Shown in pieces: positions 18,560 through 26,010 of a stretch of DNA of 37,424 nucleotides. A program made the translations under genes and the position numbers. The DNA is taken from the IMG/VR virus record IMGVR_UViG_3300028629_000001, positions 1 to 37,424 of that record; one strand, given 5' to 3'. The notes beneath the pieces were generated by a model. That model saw only the letters and a list, made by a program, of their open reading frames with translations. It did not search any database and was not told where the DNA came from. The stretch is from a virus. Numbering within the stretch: the stretch's first letter is position 1; each line of letters begins with the position of its first letter.

Positions 18560-18811
18560 TCACTCCTTCTCTGGTTCCCAAACTACAATCATACTTGGGA
18601 ACGGGGCACTATAGATTGCACCTGAAAACTTCAGGCGCCCCCTCAAAAACCGTATCTGTGCTTTATGATAAATGAAGTCATGAAACCATTTTGTATCTGT
18701 TCGAGCAGGAAGAAGTCCAACCACAAGCGCACCACGACACGCTTCCCGATAAGCCTTTTCCACCCACTTACCGATTGCTCGTCCGTACGATGGAAATATA
18801 CATACCAGCAC
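18560..18811 (-). pseudogene. 5'-truncated phage Dam-like N6-adenine DNA methyltransferase remnant
   Basis: The product ...WVLVCIFPSYGRAIGKWVEKAY...LLPARTDTKWFHD...FLRGRLKF matches the C-terminal half of phage Dam proteins. FPSY stands in place of the NPPY motif. The frame is closed by a TGA only 4 codons upstream of the GTG, so the AdoMet-binding N-terminal half is absent. Confidence 0.55.
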
Positions 18812-18848
18812 CCAAATGTCTGCTCAATTCCTACTGTAATTTCATAAA

Positions 18849-19856
18849 TCATTTTTCTGCCCCCTCTTTTATACCACCGTTCTCATTCCACAGCATCAAA
18901 CTTTGCTCTATTCGATATTTAGATGATTTTGATGTGTGCCTTTTTATCAAGAAATCTTGAAAAGAGCTTTTCTTAAAAAAATTAACTTGGTTTGTATAAG
19001 AACAAATATCTATATAAAAAGGATTATATACACTATCCCAACAAGAAATATCTCTCATAACATATGGTAAACACTTATGATTTTTCAAAAAAATGATTCT
19101 TTGTACTGTTTCTCTAATAGACATATCAGGATGAACATATACAAAAAATCTTAATTGCCAATCCTTTGCCCATTTTAAAAGAGACATTTTTTCCTCGATT
19201 ATATCTTTGTATGTGTATGAATCAAAAGCAAAGGTGTATTCCCCCCAATAATTAAGTTCAGATAACAGCTTTGAATTTCTTTCATTCAGCAATCTAATAT
19301 CAAGTCCTTGATTAAACTGACATTTTATTTTCTTATCAACCAACTCTTGCAATATCTGCTCGTGGTCTGGAAAAGCCAGAATATTATTATCAAGAAATTT
19401 TACTTGTTTATGCCTAACAATGTCATCTATATTGTTTACTTTATGAATATAACCTTCCTTTTTTGGAACTTTACAAAAACTACAATTCCTTATACAACCT
19501 CTTGTAATAAACCCATACGATGTGTTATTGTTTGGGTATAAACTATAATCAGGTTCAAAATGTTCTATTTCATCCGGTAACGTTGTATTTAAGTCAAAAC
19601 CAGTACCACCAAATATAATGTTTTTACCTTTTACATAAGAAACATTACCATCAAAAACAACAGAGCAGTATATTATATCAAACTCATCGAATAGTGTATG
19701 AGGGGTATAATATGTGATTTTCTTTCTAGTGGGGTAATATGGCAAGTTGCACTTATGAAGTGTTACATCATCCCCCTTGCTTTTGTGCCATCCACCTAAT
19801 TTCATTAGTGGTAGATTGGGTATAACTGAATCGGCATCAATTAACAATATTTTCAT
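18849..19856 (-). CDS. Radical SAM enzyme (CxxxCxxC) with an N-terminal Rossmann/B12-binding-like region
   Basis: Motif RGCIRNCSFCKV. The likely start is MKILLIDADS at 19856. The gene is strongly AT-rich, unlike the rest of the genome. Confidence 0.7.
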   Translation of the reverse strand: MKILLIDADSVIPNLPLMKLGGWHKSKGDDVTLHKCNLPYYPTRKKITYYTPHTLFDEFDIIYCSVVFDGNVSYVKGKNIIFGGTGFDLNTTLPDEIEHFEPDYSLYPNNNTSYGFITRGCIRNCSFCKVPKKEGYIHKVNNIDDIVRHKQVKFLDNNILAFPDHEQILQELVDKKIKCQFNQGLDIRLLNERNSKLLSELNYWGEYTFAFDSYTYKDIIEEKMSLLKWAKDWQLRFFVYVHPDMSIRETVQRIIFLKNHKCLPYVMRDISCWDSVYNPFYIDICSYTNQVNFFKKSSFQDFLIKRHTSKSSKYRIEQSLMLWNENGGIKEGAEK

Positions 19857-20052
19857 CAATAAATTTAAGGACAGGCTTGGATTGATCTTCAACTACCATC
19901 GACAAATTGCAATCGCAAATGTCCTTCTGCTTCGTAGTTTTTAGAATCTGTGCAATAGTAGCAGAATCATCAAAAATATAAGTTTTTATGTAATCCTGAT
20001 ATTGGAATTCTCCTACTTGGTAATAGCCTTTTATATGTGCTGCTATTTTCAT
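19837..20052 (-). CDS. Hypothetical protein (71 aa), part of the AT-rich island
   Basis: Its 3' end overlaps the radical SAM start, and it shares the same AT-rich composition. Confidence 0.45.
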   Translation of the reverse strand: MKIAAHIKGYYQVGEFQYQDYIKTYIFDDSATIAQILKTTKQKDICDCNLSMVVEDQSKPVLKFIDENIVN

Positions 20053-20062
20053 ATCCTGCCTC

Positions 20063-20260
20063 CTATCTCAATCCTAATCGTCGCGACATATACGCCTCGG
20101 AATCTCGCCCGAAGCATTTATCGTTCCATTTGCGCACGATCGCCGAAGCCTTGCCCGAATGTTTTGCGCTCAATACGGTAAGCATCCGCTCGTAATCTTC
20201 ATAGTAATCCAATCTTTTAACCAATGGAATCATATTGCTAGCGTGTTCATCCCAAACCAT
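20063..20260 (-). CDS. Hypothetical protein, paralogue B (65 aa)
   Basis: The ATG at 20260 follows GGAGGctgaaa, identical to the context of copy A. The product is MVWDEHASNMIPLVKRLDYY...RKWNDKCFG...RRLGLR. Confidence 0.6.
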   Translation of the reverse strand: MVWDEHASNMIPLVKRLDYYEDYERMLTVLSAKHSGKASAIVRKWNDKCFGRDSEAYMSRRLGLR

Positions 20261-20273
20261 TTTCAGCCTCCTT

Positions 20274-20495
20274 TCAGCATCCAACGCTTTCTAATCTCAT
20301 GAGCGTATTTTGTAACTCTCGTTCAATCACTTTGCCAGTGTTGTCTTGAGCCTTAGCAATAGTAAGCAAATTATTTAGACATACAACCTCGTTTTTTGAT
20401 AAGTTCACCTGATGCCTTTCGTCTTCGGGCATCCATTTTAGCTTATCCAGTAAACGATCAATAATATTTTGCGCAGCCAATATTCCCTCATTCAT
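20274..20495 (-). CDS. Hypothetical protein (73 aa)
   Basis: ORF in operon context. No recognisable motif. Confidence 0.45.
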   Translation of the reverse strand: MNEGILAAQNIIDRLLDKLKWMPEDERHQVNLSKNEVVCLNNLLTIAKAQDNTGKVIERELQNTLMRLESVGC

Positions 20496-20898
20496 TTTTT
20501 ACTCCCTTATTCAATTTTCTATACCGCTCAATCTCCTCAATCAGCCATTCCCTTGGAAGATGCCTTTCTCCATTTAATTCCGCCTTTGCCTCCAGCCGCT
20601 TTACTCGCTCCTCGCCAATATCAGCGACAAGTCTTGATCGGAATTTCATCGGCTCACCTCCTCTATATTTGTTACATCCTTGACATTGAGGTCTGATATT
20701 ATCTAGCTCGTACCTCGTTGCGTAGAACCTCCGAGAAATATAATGTCCAGCGTCAATCTCTGAGACAGGATGCGGCGCCCCGCACGTATAGCAAAAACAC
20801 CAGCCATTCACTGCTGCTTTGTTGCGAACGTAAATCGAAACCTCTTTATCCAATAGGTTAATTAGCTGTTGGTAGGTCTTTTTATTCAGATCAGCCAT
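20488..20898 (-). CDS. ninG: NinG/Rap-family recombination endonuclease
   Basis: CFCYTCG...DAGHYISRR...NIRPQCQGCNKYRGG matches the Cys/His pattern of lambda NinG. Confidence 0.7.
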   Translation of the reverse strand: MADLNKKTYQQLINLLDKEVSIYVRNKAAVNGWCFCYTCGAPHPVSEIDAGHYISRRFYATRYELDNIRPQCQGCNKYRGGEPMKFRSRLVADIGEERVKRLEAKAELNGERHLPREWLIEEIERYRKLNKGVKNE

Positions 20899-20908
20899 CC
20901 TTCACCTC

Positions 20909-21325
20909 CTACAAAATATCGACGCCACTTTCGTCTTCTATCTTCCGCCAATGCCCTCTGGAATTGACGAACCCATCTATCCCCGAAGCATCATTTGGTT
21001 GCTCAATCTTAATCCCCCTTGTCCGTTGCATATATTCGACAAAATCGCTAAATCCTACCTTCACATATTCGCCATTCTCTATGAGCCGTTTTTGCGCTAT
21101 CGGTTTCATGTTTTGCACAGCCTCCTCACGTAACCGCTCGAATATCGCAATGTCCGGCGGTTTAGCCGCTACGTTGGAATATCTTTTCGTTAGTACCTCC
21201 TTTAGCGAATCCAAATATTGCGGGGATAAATCCCGTATATATTTTGTTATTTCAACCTGCTGAACATCGTTATATGCGGACTTGTAGTATTTCATTAACC
21301 AGTACGCAAACTCAGTAGGACTCAT
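20909..21325 (-). CDS. Hypothetical protein (138 aa), replication-module context
   Basis: ATGA-type coupling to the upstream replisome organizer gene. Confidence 0.45.
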   Translation of the reverse strand: MSPTEFAYWLMKYYKSAYNDVQQVEITKYIRDLSPQYLDSLKEVLTKRYSNVAAKPPDIAIFERLREEAVQNMKPIAQKRLIENGEYVKVGFSDFVEYMQRTRGIKIEQPNDASGIDGFVNSRGHWRKIEDESGVDIL

Positions 21326-22290
21326 TGCCCCGCCTCCTCAATCAGTCTTATAAAATTACGCAGCCCGTCGTCGTCTCGCCGTATTAAAAACCTTATTCTA
21401 TCCCATAGAGAGACAAGCACCGAAGGTAAGAAGGGCTGATCCTGCCAGAATTTATCACCAGCGCAACGGAGCTCTTGAAACTTTTTCATCATAACTTCAA
21501 TTTCCTCTTCGTAGCCTTTTGTTAGGTAAATTATTTTCTTGATCGCTGCACCCTCCTTCCCATAGTTAGCAAAAGCTCCGTTAACCTCCTCGAACCGTTG
21601 TTTTATTGCATTGTATAGCTCTATATCGTTTCCAGCCTTGCTTGCTCTTTTGCGCTTAGTCTTTTTATCGTTAATAACAGCATAATTCATACAATCAAGT
21701 GTAGAATCATCAACCTCGTCTTGTATTTCTTTTTGATAGTTTTGAATTTCGTTTTGCTTCGAAAGCATTACCGCTTCAGCCGAAGGCTGTCTTATATTTA
21801 TATTACTATTACTATTAAGATTAAGATAGTTCGACTCCCTTGTAAGGGGCTTGTAAGGGGCTTGTAAGGGGCTTATATCGAGCTTCCTCTTTTCTATTAT
21901 TTCATTCAGAAAAGGATATTTATATCCAGACCGAATAACGAATAACAATTTCTCATCATCAAGCGACATAAGAATGTCATCGATGCCTTTTCGGTTATTG
22001 TCGTTCTCGCTCACTTTCTGATGCTTCGGCCAATTAACTAAAACGATCAGATCGTCTTTTACGAATACCTTTCCTGCTTTCTCAAATTTTTTTAATATAT
22101 TCGCTATGGTATCCGAGTTATATCCAGTATCGAATACAATCCTTCTTGTTGTGATCTCATAAATTCCCGCTATATTAGTGAGCGGGTTTGTGAGCAGATA
22201 TAGATATACGAATTTTTCGCTTGGGTCTAATGACTGAACCCAGGCGTCATCCCAGAAGCCTGTATTGATATATCTATTTTTACTTTTCAT
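21322..22290 (-). CDS. Replisome organizer / replication initiator (phage rep_org N-terminal domain)
   Basis: The ATG at 22290 lies 5 nt after GGAGG. The N-terminus is FWDDAWVQSLDPSEKFVYLYLLTNPLTNIAGIYEIT. The central linker carries iterons. Confidence 0.7.
   Translation of the reverse strand: MKSKNRYINTGFWDDAWVQSLDPSEKFVYLYLLTNPLTNIAGIYEITTRRIVFDTGYNSDTIANILKKFEKAGKVFVKDDLIVLVNWPKHQKVSENDNNRKGIDDILMSLDDEKLLFVIRSGYKYPFLNEIIEKRKLDISPLQAPYKPLTRESNYLNLNSNSNINIRQPSAEAVMLSKQNEIQNYQKEIQDEVDDSTLDCMNYAVINDKKTKRKRASKAGNDIELYNAIKQRFEEVNGAFANYGKEGAAIKKIIYLTKGYEEEIEVMMKKFQELRCAGDKFWQDQPFLPSVLVSLWDRIRFLIRRDDDGLRNFIRLIEEAGQ
21839..21874. repeat. Three tandem 11-bp iterons (cttgtaagggg) plus a partial copy, inside the initiator gene
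   Basis: Read directly at 21839..21849, 21850..21860 and 21861..21871. An adjacent AT-rich tract lies at 21791..21830. Confidence 0.85.
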
Positions 22291-22304
22291 CTTTGCCTCC
22301 AGCA

Positions 22305-22390
22305 ATAAAAAAGAGTCATCGGGGCTTGGCGAGAGCGGCTAGCTCTCATTTCAGCCGCGACGCGTGCGGCTCCAAGCCCTAATGACTCTT
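22305..22390 (-). terminator. Y-shaped intrinsic terminator-like structure
   Basis: An outer 19-bp stem (22311..22329 pairing with 22372..22390, 2 mismatches) encloses two hairpins at 22331..22347 and 22353..22371. On the minus strand it is followed by TTTTTTATT. Confidence 0.55.
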
Positions 22391-22445
22391 AACTTTTTCC
22401 AGTCGCGTCATCTGGACATTTTGCGGTAGCCAGCCGCATATTTCT

Positions 22446-22473
22446 ATTATATCACACTTTTCTCACCTGTCAA
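22446..22473 (-). promoter_or_regulatory. Near-consensus promoter: TTGACA, 16-nt spacer, TGaTATAAT
   Basis: On the minus strand the -35 TTGACA is at 22468..22473 and the -10 TATAAT at 22446..22451, with an upstream TG. Confidence 0.65.
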
Positions 22474-22480
22474 TGTTTTT

Positions 22481-22738
22481 TTAATAAATATCGTCCGTCG
22501 AGCTTCCAATTCCATCTTTCTTTTCATCCCGATATGAATCGTATGATATGGTGTAATCAGGATATCTCTTTCCATTTCGCTCTCTGTTATCTTTCCAGAC
22601 AACGATTGGAATCTTCTCTCCGCGAGCAAGCCGATCCAATAGATTCTTGTCTGTGATCTGTAGCGATCCAGAAGCAAACGGCATTTTAGGATTCTTTGAA
22701 TAGCTAATCCATAATGCTCCAAGATTCTCCTGTTTCAT
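22481..22738 (-). CDS. Hypothetical protein (85 aa)
   Basis: ORF coupled to the upstream gene. No confident motif. Confidence 0.45.
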   Translation of the reverse strand: MKQENLGALWISYSKNPKMPFASGSLQITDKNLLDRLARGEKIPIVVWKDNRERNGKRYPDYTISYDSYRDEKKDGIGSSTDDIY

Positions 22739-23136
22739 ATTTCAGTCTCCTTCAACAATATTCCTTCCTCAGCCGCTAACCTGTGCACAGCCTCAATGAG
22801 CATTGCGCACTCTTGCACCGAAGATTCGGCCTCGGAGTATGGAATCACCATCCCTCGGAATGTGCGGAACGGGTATCCCATACTCACGGCCATTTGTTTT
22901 ATCACGGCTTTGACAGCGGCGAAGTCATTACCTGTCTCAATGCAGATCTGTTGTATGTGCCCGTTCAAGTGATGATTCTGACTCCGCTCGCCTGTGGTTC
23001 TGAGCTTACGGGGCGGCGCAATCTTGACTATGAGCGAATCTTTCTGTGCTAACTTCTCAAGCCCCTGCTTATAACCAGCGGGATACTCGATGATGAGCGG
23101 CTCGATACTCAAGATGCGCCCCGTAAATTCAAGCAT
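22735..23136 (-). CDS. Hypothetical protein (133 aa), recombination-module context
   Basis: The internal ATG at 23136 overlaps the end of the upstream gene. The longer ORF-track version would overlap that gene by 86 nt. Confidence 0.45.
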   Translation of the reverse strand: MLEFTGRILSIEPLIIEYPAGYKQGLEKLAQKDSLIVKIAPPRKLRTTGERSQNHHLNGHIQQICIETGNDFAAVKAVIKQMAVSMGYPFRTFRGMVIPYSEAESSVQECAMLIEAVHRLAAEEGILLKETEI

Positions 23137-23803
23137 TGATCGCTCCCAGCTCTTTTGCAAGAGCGACCCAGTCAATACCACTCCAGCGGCCTTTGCCGTC
23201 GGGCGTCTTGCCAATTATAAGTCCCCCATGCTTCGTATAGTATTCTATCCTTTGCTCGGGAGAATACTGCAAAAGCGCTGTCATAGCCTTCTCTTTCGCA
23301 ATTTCCTCAAGACTCTTGCCAAGCTTCACAGGTTCCCTCTGCGGCTCGCTTTGTGCATACTTGCTGCCGTCCCACTTCCCAGCATAGACGTCAGCAGCGA
23401 CACCGATTCTTTGCATTGCCGTTCCGAGCGCATCGGTGAGCGACATCTTGAAGGCTTCATCGTTGTTGTACAAGTGAGAGCCTTCGCTAGAGCGGTTCCT
23501 CTCTTTTGAGATCAGCATATTGCCACCGACTCCAGGGATCGGTTCGCTCCATTCGTCTCCCTGCTTAATAAACAGCGACACTTGAACGAAGCAGAAAACC
23601 TCACCATCGGCGCCTTGCTCCGTCCATGTGCGGTCAACGATGTATTTCCAACCGATACCGCATAGACCGAAAACCTCGGTCATTATGCGATAGCGCCATT
23701 GCGGGTTTATATCAGACATCCCCGCAAGCCTCCCCCCCCTAATCTCTCGTAGCGCATCCCTTGGCGGTTGTGCCATTTTCTCGTAAATCTCTAATCCTTC
23801 CAT
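23129..23803 (-). CDS. Single-strand annealing protein, Rad52/Sak family
   Basis: IRGGRLAGMSDINPQWRYRIMTEVFGLCGIGW...AFKMSLTDALGTAMQRIGVAADVY resembles Sak/Rad52-type phage recombinases. Confidence 0.7.
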   Translation of the reverse strand: MEGLEIYEKMAQPPRDALREIRGGRLAGMSDINPQWRYRIMTEVFGLCGIGWKYIVDRTWTEQGADGEVFCFVQVSLFIKQGDEWSEPIPGVGGNMLISKERNRSSEGSHLYNNDEAFKMSLTDALGTAMQRIGVAADVYAGKWDGSKYAQSEPQREPVKLGKSLEEIAKEKAMTALLQYSPEQRIEYYTKHGGLIIGKTPDGKGRWSGIDWVALAKELGAINA

Positions 23804-23814
23804 TTCATACCTCC

Positions 23815-24300
23815 TTATCTAATCGCAAGGCTCTCGCCCTGCGTAAGCTCCGCACCAGGCACCTGCTCGCCCGCTTTCAGCTTCTCTGCGATTGCCCGCA
23901 AGTCAAGTTTCGGCTCGACGGGAATGAAAAACTCTTGTGGAATCAATGCTTGGTCTTTCACCGAAACACTCGGCGGACTTTTACGGATGCTAATGTTAAA
24001 TATGCCCGCCTTAATACTTTGCAGCTTTAGCTCCTTGAGCACATTAAACAGGTAGGATTTTAGCCATGTCTGCTTATTTTGGAGCACTCGCCGCTTTTCA
24101 GCGAGCCTGTCCTCCTCGGTCTTGAGCGCGGTTATATCAGCGTCAAGATTGCGGATAAATCGCGCGATGTTGTCCGCCTTGATCTCCAAACTCTCATTGA
24201 TCTCATCGAGAGCTTGCTTTTTTGCAGCAAGCATATCTGGATCGCTCTCATCGATTGAGAGGATCTCAAGATATTGCCGCTCAATTTCGTACAATGTCAT
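23815..24300 (-). CDS. Siphovirus Gp157-family protein
   Basis: MTLYEI..YLEIL, then a coiled coil, then IPQEF...KLKAGEQVPGAELTQGESLAIR matches the Gp157 family layout. Confidence 0.65.
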   Translation of the reverse strand: MTLYEIERQYLEILSIDESDPDMLAAKKQALDEINESLEIKADNIARFIRNLDADITALKTEEDRLAEKRRVLQNKQTWLKSYLFNVLKELKLQSIKAGIFNISIRKSPPSVSVKDQALIPQEFFIPVEPKLDLRAIAEKLKAGEQVPGAELTQGESLAIR

Positions 24301-24466
24301 TTTGTACCTCCTTTACTCTAGTTCTTTTAATTATGAGGCCAGGTTCGCCCTCTTGTAAAAATCCAATAGCTTTTATACGAGCCTCCGACTTATCCCTAGC
24401 CGTAACCGTTAGGACATAGCCCACTCGGCTATTCCTAAAGTCAAACTCCACTTCATACTTTGTCAT
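24281..24466 (-). CDS. Hypothetical protein (61 aa)
   Basis: ATGA overlap with the upstream gene. Confidence 0.4.
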   Translation of the reverse strand: MTKYEVEFDFRNSRVGYVLTVTARDKSEARIKAIGFLQEGEPGLIIKRTRVKEVQNDIVRN

Positions 24467-24726
24467 TTCCTCCTCCTATCCTCATCTATAGCTCCAACCA
24501 CTATCTCGACGAATAACATCAGCACAATCAATGTTGCTACCACTGCAACAACCGTGCCGAACCAACCATCGAGCCATTTATCGAGCGCCGCCGCTGACTC
24601 TTTGCTGGACAAGACGATCAGCGCAGGAGCAACTAGCAGGCAACCGCCTACCAGTATGCCGGCCAACGCTTGATGCTTTGCCCACCAGATGCGCCGCCGC
24701 TCAGCCTTCCACTCATTCCTTGTCAT
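24463..24726 (-). CDS. Small membrane protein (two TM helices)
   Basis: The ATG at 24726 lies 6 nt after GGGAGG. Hydrophobic segments are present. Confidence 0.45.
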   Translation of the reverse strand: MTRNEWKAERRRIWWAKHQALAGILVGGCLLVAPALIVLSSKESAAALDKWLDGWFGTVVAVVATLIVLMLFVEIVVGAIDEDRRRK

Positions 24727-24928
24727 ATTGAGCCTCCCATTCACTCAACGCTGCACGATATCCACGTTCTAGCAATTTATGATGATCCAGCAGCATTGCT
24801 TCAATAACATCATGCGATGCTCCGCCCCTTAATACTCTTATGGCAGCAAGATATCCATGTGCTGCCGTTGCTTCTCCTGAGCCAGGATAATCAATAAGCA
24901 TTCTTAACGCCTCATACTCATTTTTCAT
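24713..24928 (-). CDS. Hypothetical protein (71 aa)
   Basis: ORF in operon context. Confidence 0.4.
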   Translation of the reverse strand: MKNEYEALRMLIDYPGSGEATAAHGYLAAIRVLRGGASHDVIEAMLLDHHKLLERGYRAALSEWEAQYDKE

Positions 24929-25073
24929 TTATTGCCTCCTCCTTATTTTTCCTCGGCCGCCCGCCCTTCTTCCCGTTCTCACGGGCAGCCGCAACTTTTG
25001 CGGGCGAGCGAGAGCGGCCACCCTTGCGGCCTGCAATACTCATGCAGAATCGCAAAATTTCCTCTTCAGTCAT
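24918..25073 (-). CDS. Small basic protein with KGGR repeats (51 aa)
   Basis: The ATG at 25073 lies 6 nt after GGGAGG. The product contains RKGGRSRS...KKGGRPRK. Confidence 0.45.
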   Translation of the reverse strand: MTEEEILRFCMSIAGRKGGRSRSPAKVAAARENGKKGGRPRKNKEEAINEK

Positions 25074-25135
25074 TTTTGACCTCCCTCTATATAACAAGCA
25101 TGCATTGCATCCAACCACTCGGCCTCTCTCCTCCT

Positions 25136-25175
25136 AAAATAAAAGCCCCAGGGCAGCTTTCACCGCCCTAGGGCT
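25136..25175 (-). terminator. Rho-independent terminator
   Basis: An 11-bp GC-rich stem (25165..25175 pairing with 25144..25154, 1 mismatch) is followed on the minus strand by TTTTATTTT. Confidence 0.65.
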
Positions 25176-25180
25176 GAGAC

Positions 25181-25369
25181 TTATAAAGACTTGTAAGTCT
25201 CTCCTGAAATCCAATGCCAAGAGTCATCCTCAAGGCAATGGACTTCCTCTCCGCAATCAATCCCGTCTTCGGGATCGATTAGCGTCCAATGCTCGGCCGT
25301 ATCGCTACGGCCATCCCATTCCCGCCTCATCCAGGCGGGCGCCTTGCCCTCATGGAAATATTCTGACAT
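25181..25369 (-). CDS. Hypothetical early protein (62 aa)
   Basis: The ATG at 25369 follows AAGGAGG. Confidence 0.45.
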   Translation of the reverse strand: MSEYFHEGKAPAWMRREWDGRSDTAEHWTLIDPEDGIDCGEEVHCLEDDSWHWISGETYKSL

Positions 25370-25370
25370 A

Positions 25371-25910
25371 TTAAACCTCCTTATAGAGAGCATCCTCATC
25401 TATGCTTACGAATTGCTCTCTTTTTAATGAAATATGCCTGATCCTAAAAAGAACCAGGCTTAATCGCTCAGAAAAACGTTTCAACCCAGATTGAGCGAAA
25501 CGCTCCTTGAGAATAAGGATTGCCACTTTAGGAGCAATCCGAAGAGAGGACACCAAGATGACCTTTTGCACCTTAGTTCCTCTGAAATCGCAAGAGACCC
25601 TCAAGGGCAGCCTCTTGTATCCTAATCGCTGGAGCATCGAGGATAAGTCCTCAGTGACAGCGAAACAAACGGCCTTGGAGCGCATGAGCTTGAGCAGCTC
25701 AACCGCACTCTTGGGGCCTTTTGGGGCGAAATGCGACGGGAAGAAAATCCCATCTTGCACTTGCCCAAAAATAAAACTCCCCCCGTGGCTATGATACACC
25801 ACAGAGGGAGAGAGGATATAGGAGCGAAAGTGCTCCCAAGACAAAGCGGAACCAGGGCGGCGCTTATCCATCGCCGTCATGTAGTTGCGCCAAATCTCGG
25901 AAGCTTTCAT
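25371..25910 (-). CDS. Hypothetical early protein (179 aa), first gene after the early promoter
   Basis: The ATG at 25910 lies 8 nt after GAGGAGGAG. Confidence 0.55.
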   Translation of the reverse strand: MKASEIWRNYMTAMDKRRPGSALSWEHFRSYILSPSVVYHSHGGSFIFGQVQDGIFFPSHFAPKGPKSAVELLKLMRSKAVCFAVTEDLSSMLQRLGYKRLPLRVSCDFRGTKVQKVILVSSLRIAPKVAILILKERFAQSGLKRFSERLSLVLFRIRHISLKREQFVSIDEDALYKEV

Positions 25911-25939
25911 CTTTGCTCCTCCTCAATCTTGATAATTAT

Positions 25940-25968
25940 ATTATATCCCATGTGTTTGGGTTTATCAA
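25940..25968 (-). promoter_or_regulatory. Early promoter: TTGATA, 17-nt spacer, TATAAT
   Basis: On the minus strand the -35 TTGATA is at 25963..25968 and the -10 TATAAT at 25940..25945. It sits in an AT-rich gap upstream of the first early gene. Confidence 0.7.
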
Positions 25969-26010
25969 GAGGAAAAATAAAAATATTTGCGATTTTTTTG
26001 AGGAAAACTA

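Noticed and set aside
22311-22390. tRNA or tmRNA-like gene, suggested by the cloverleaf-like three-way junction
   Set aside because: The outer stem is 19 bp and there are only two internal arms. There is no 7-nt anticodon loop geometry, T-loop consensus or CCA-compatible end. It fits a terminator or regulatory RNA better.
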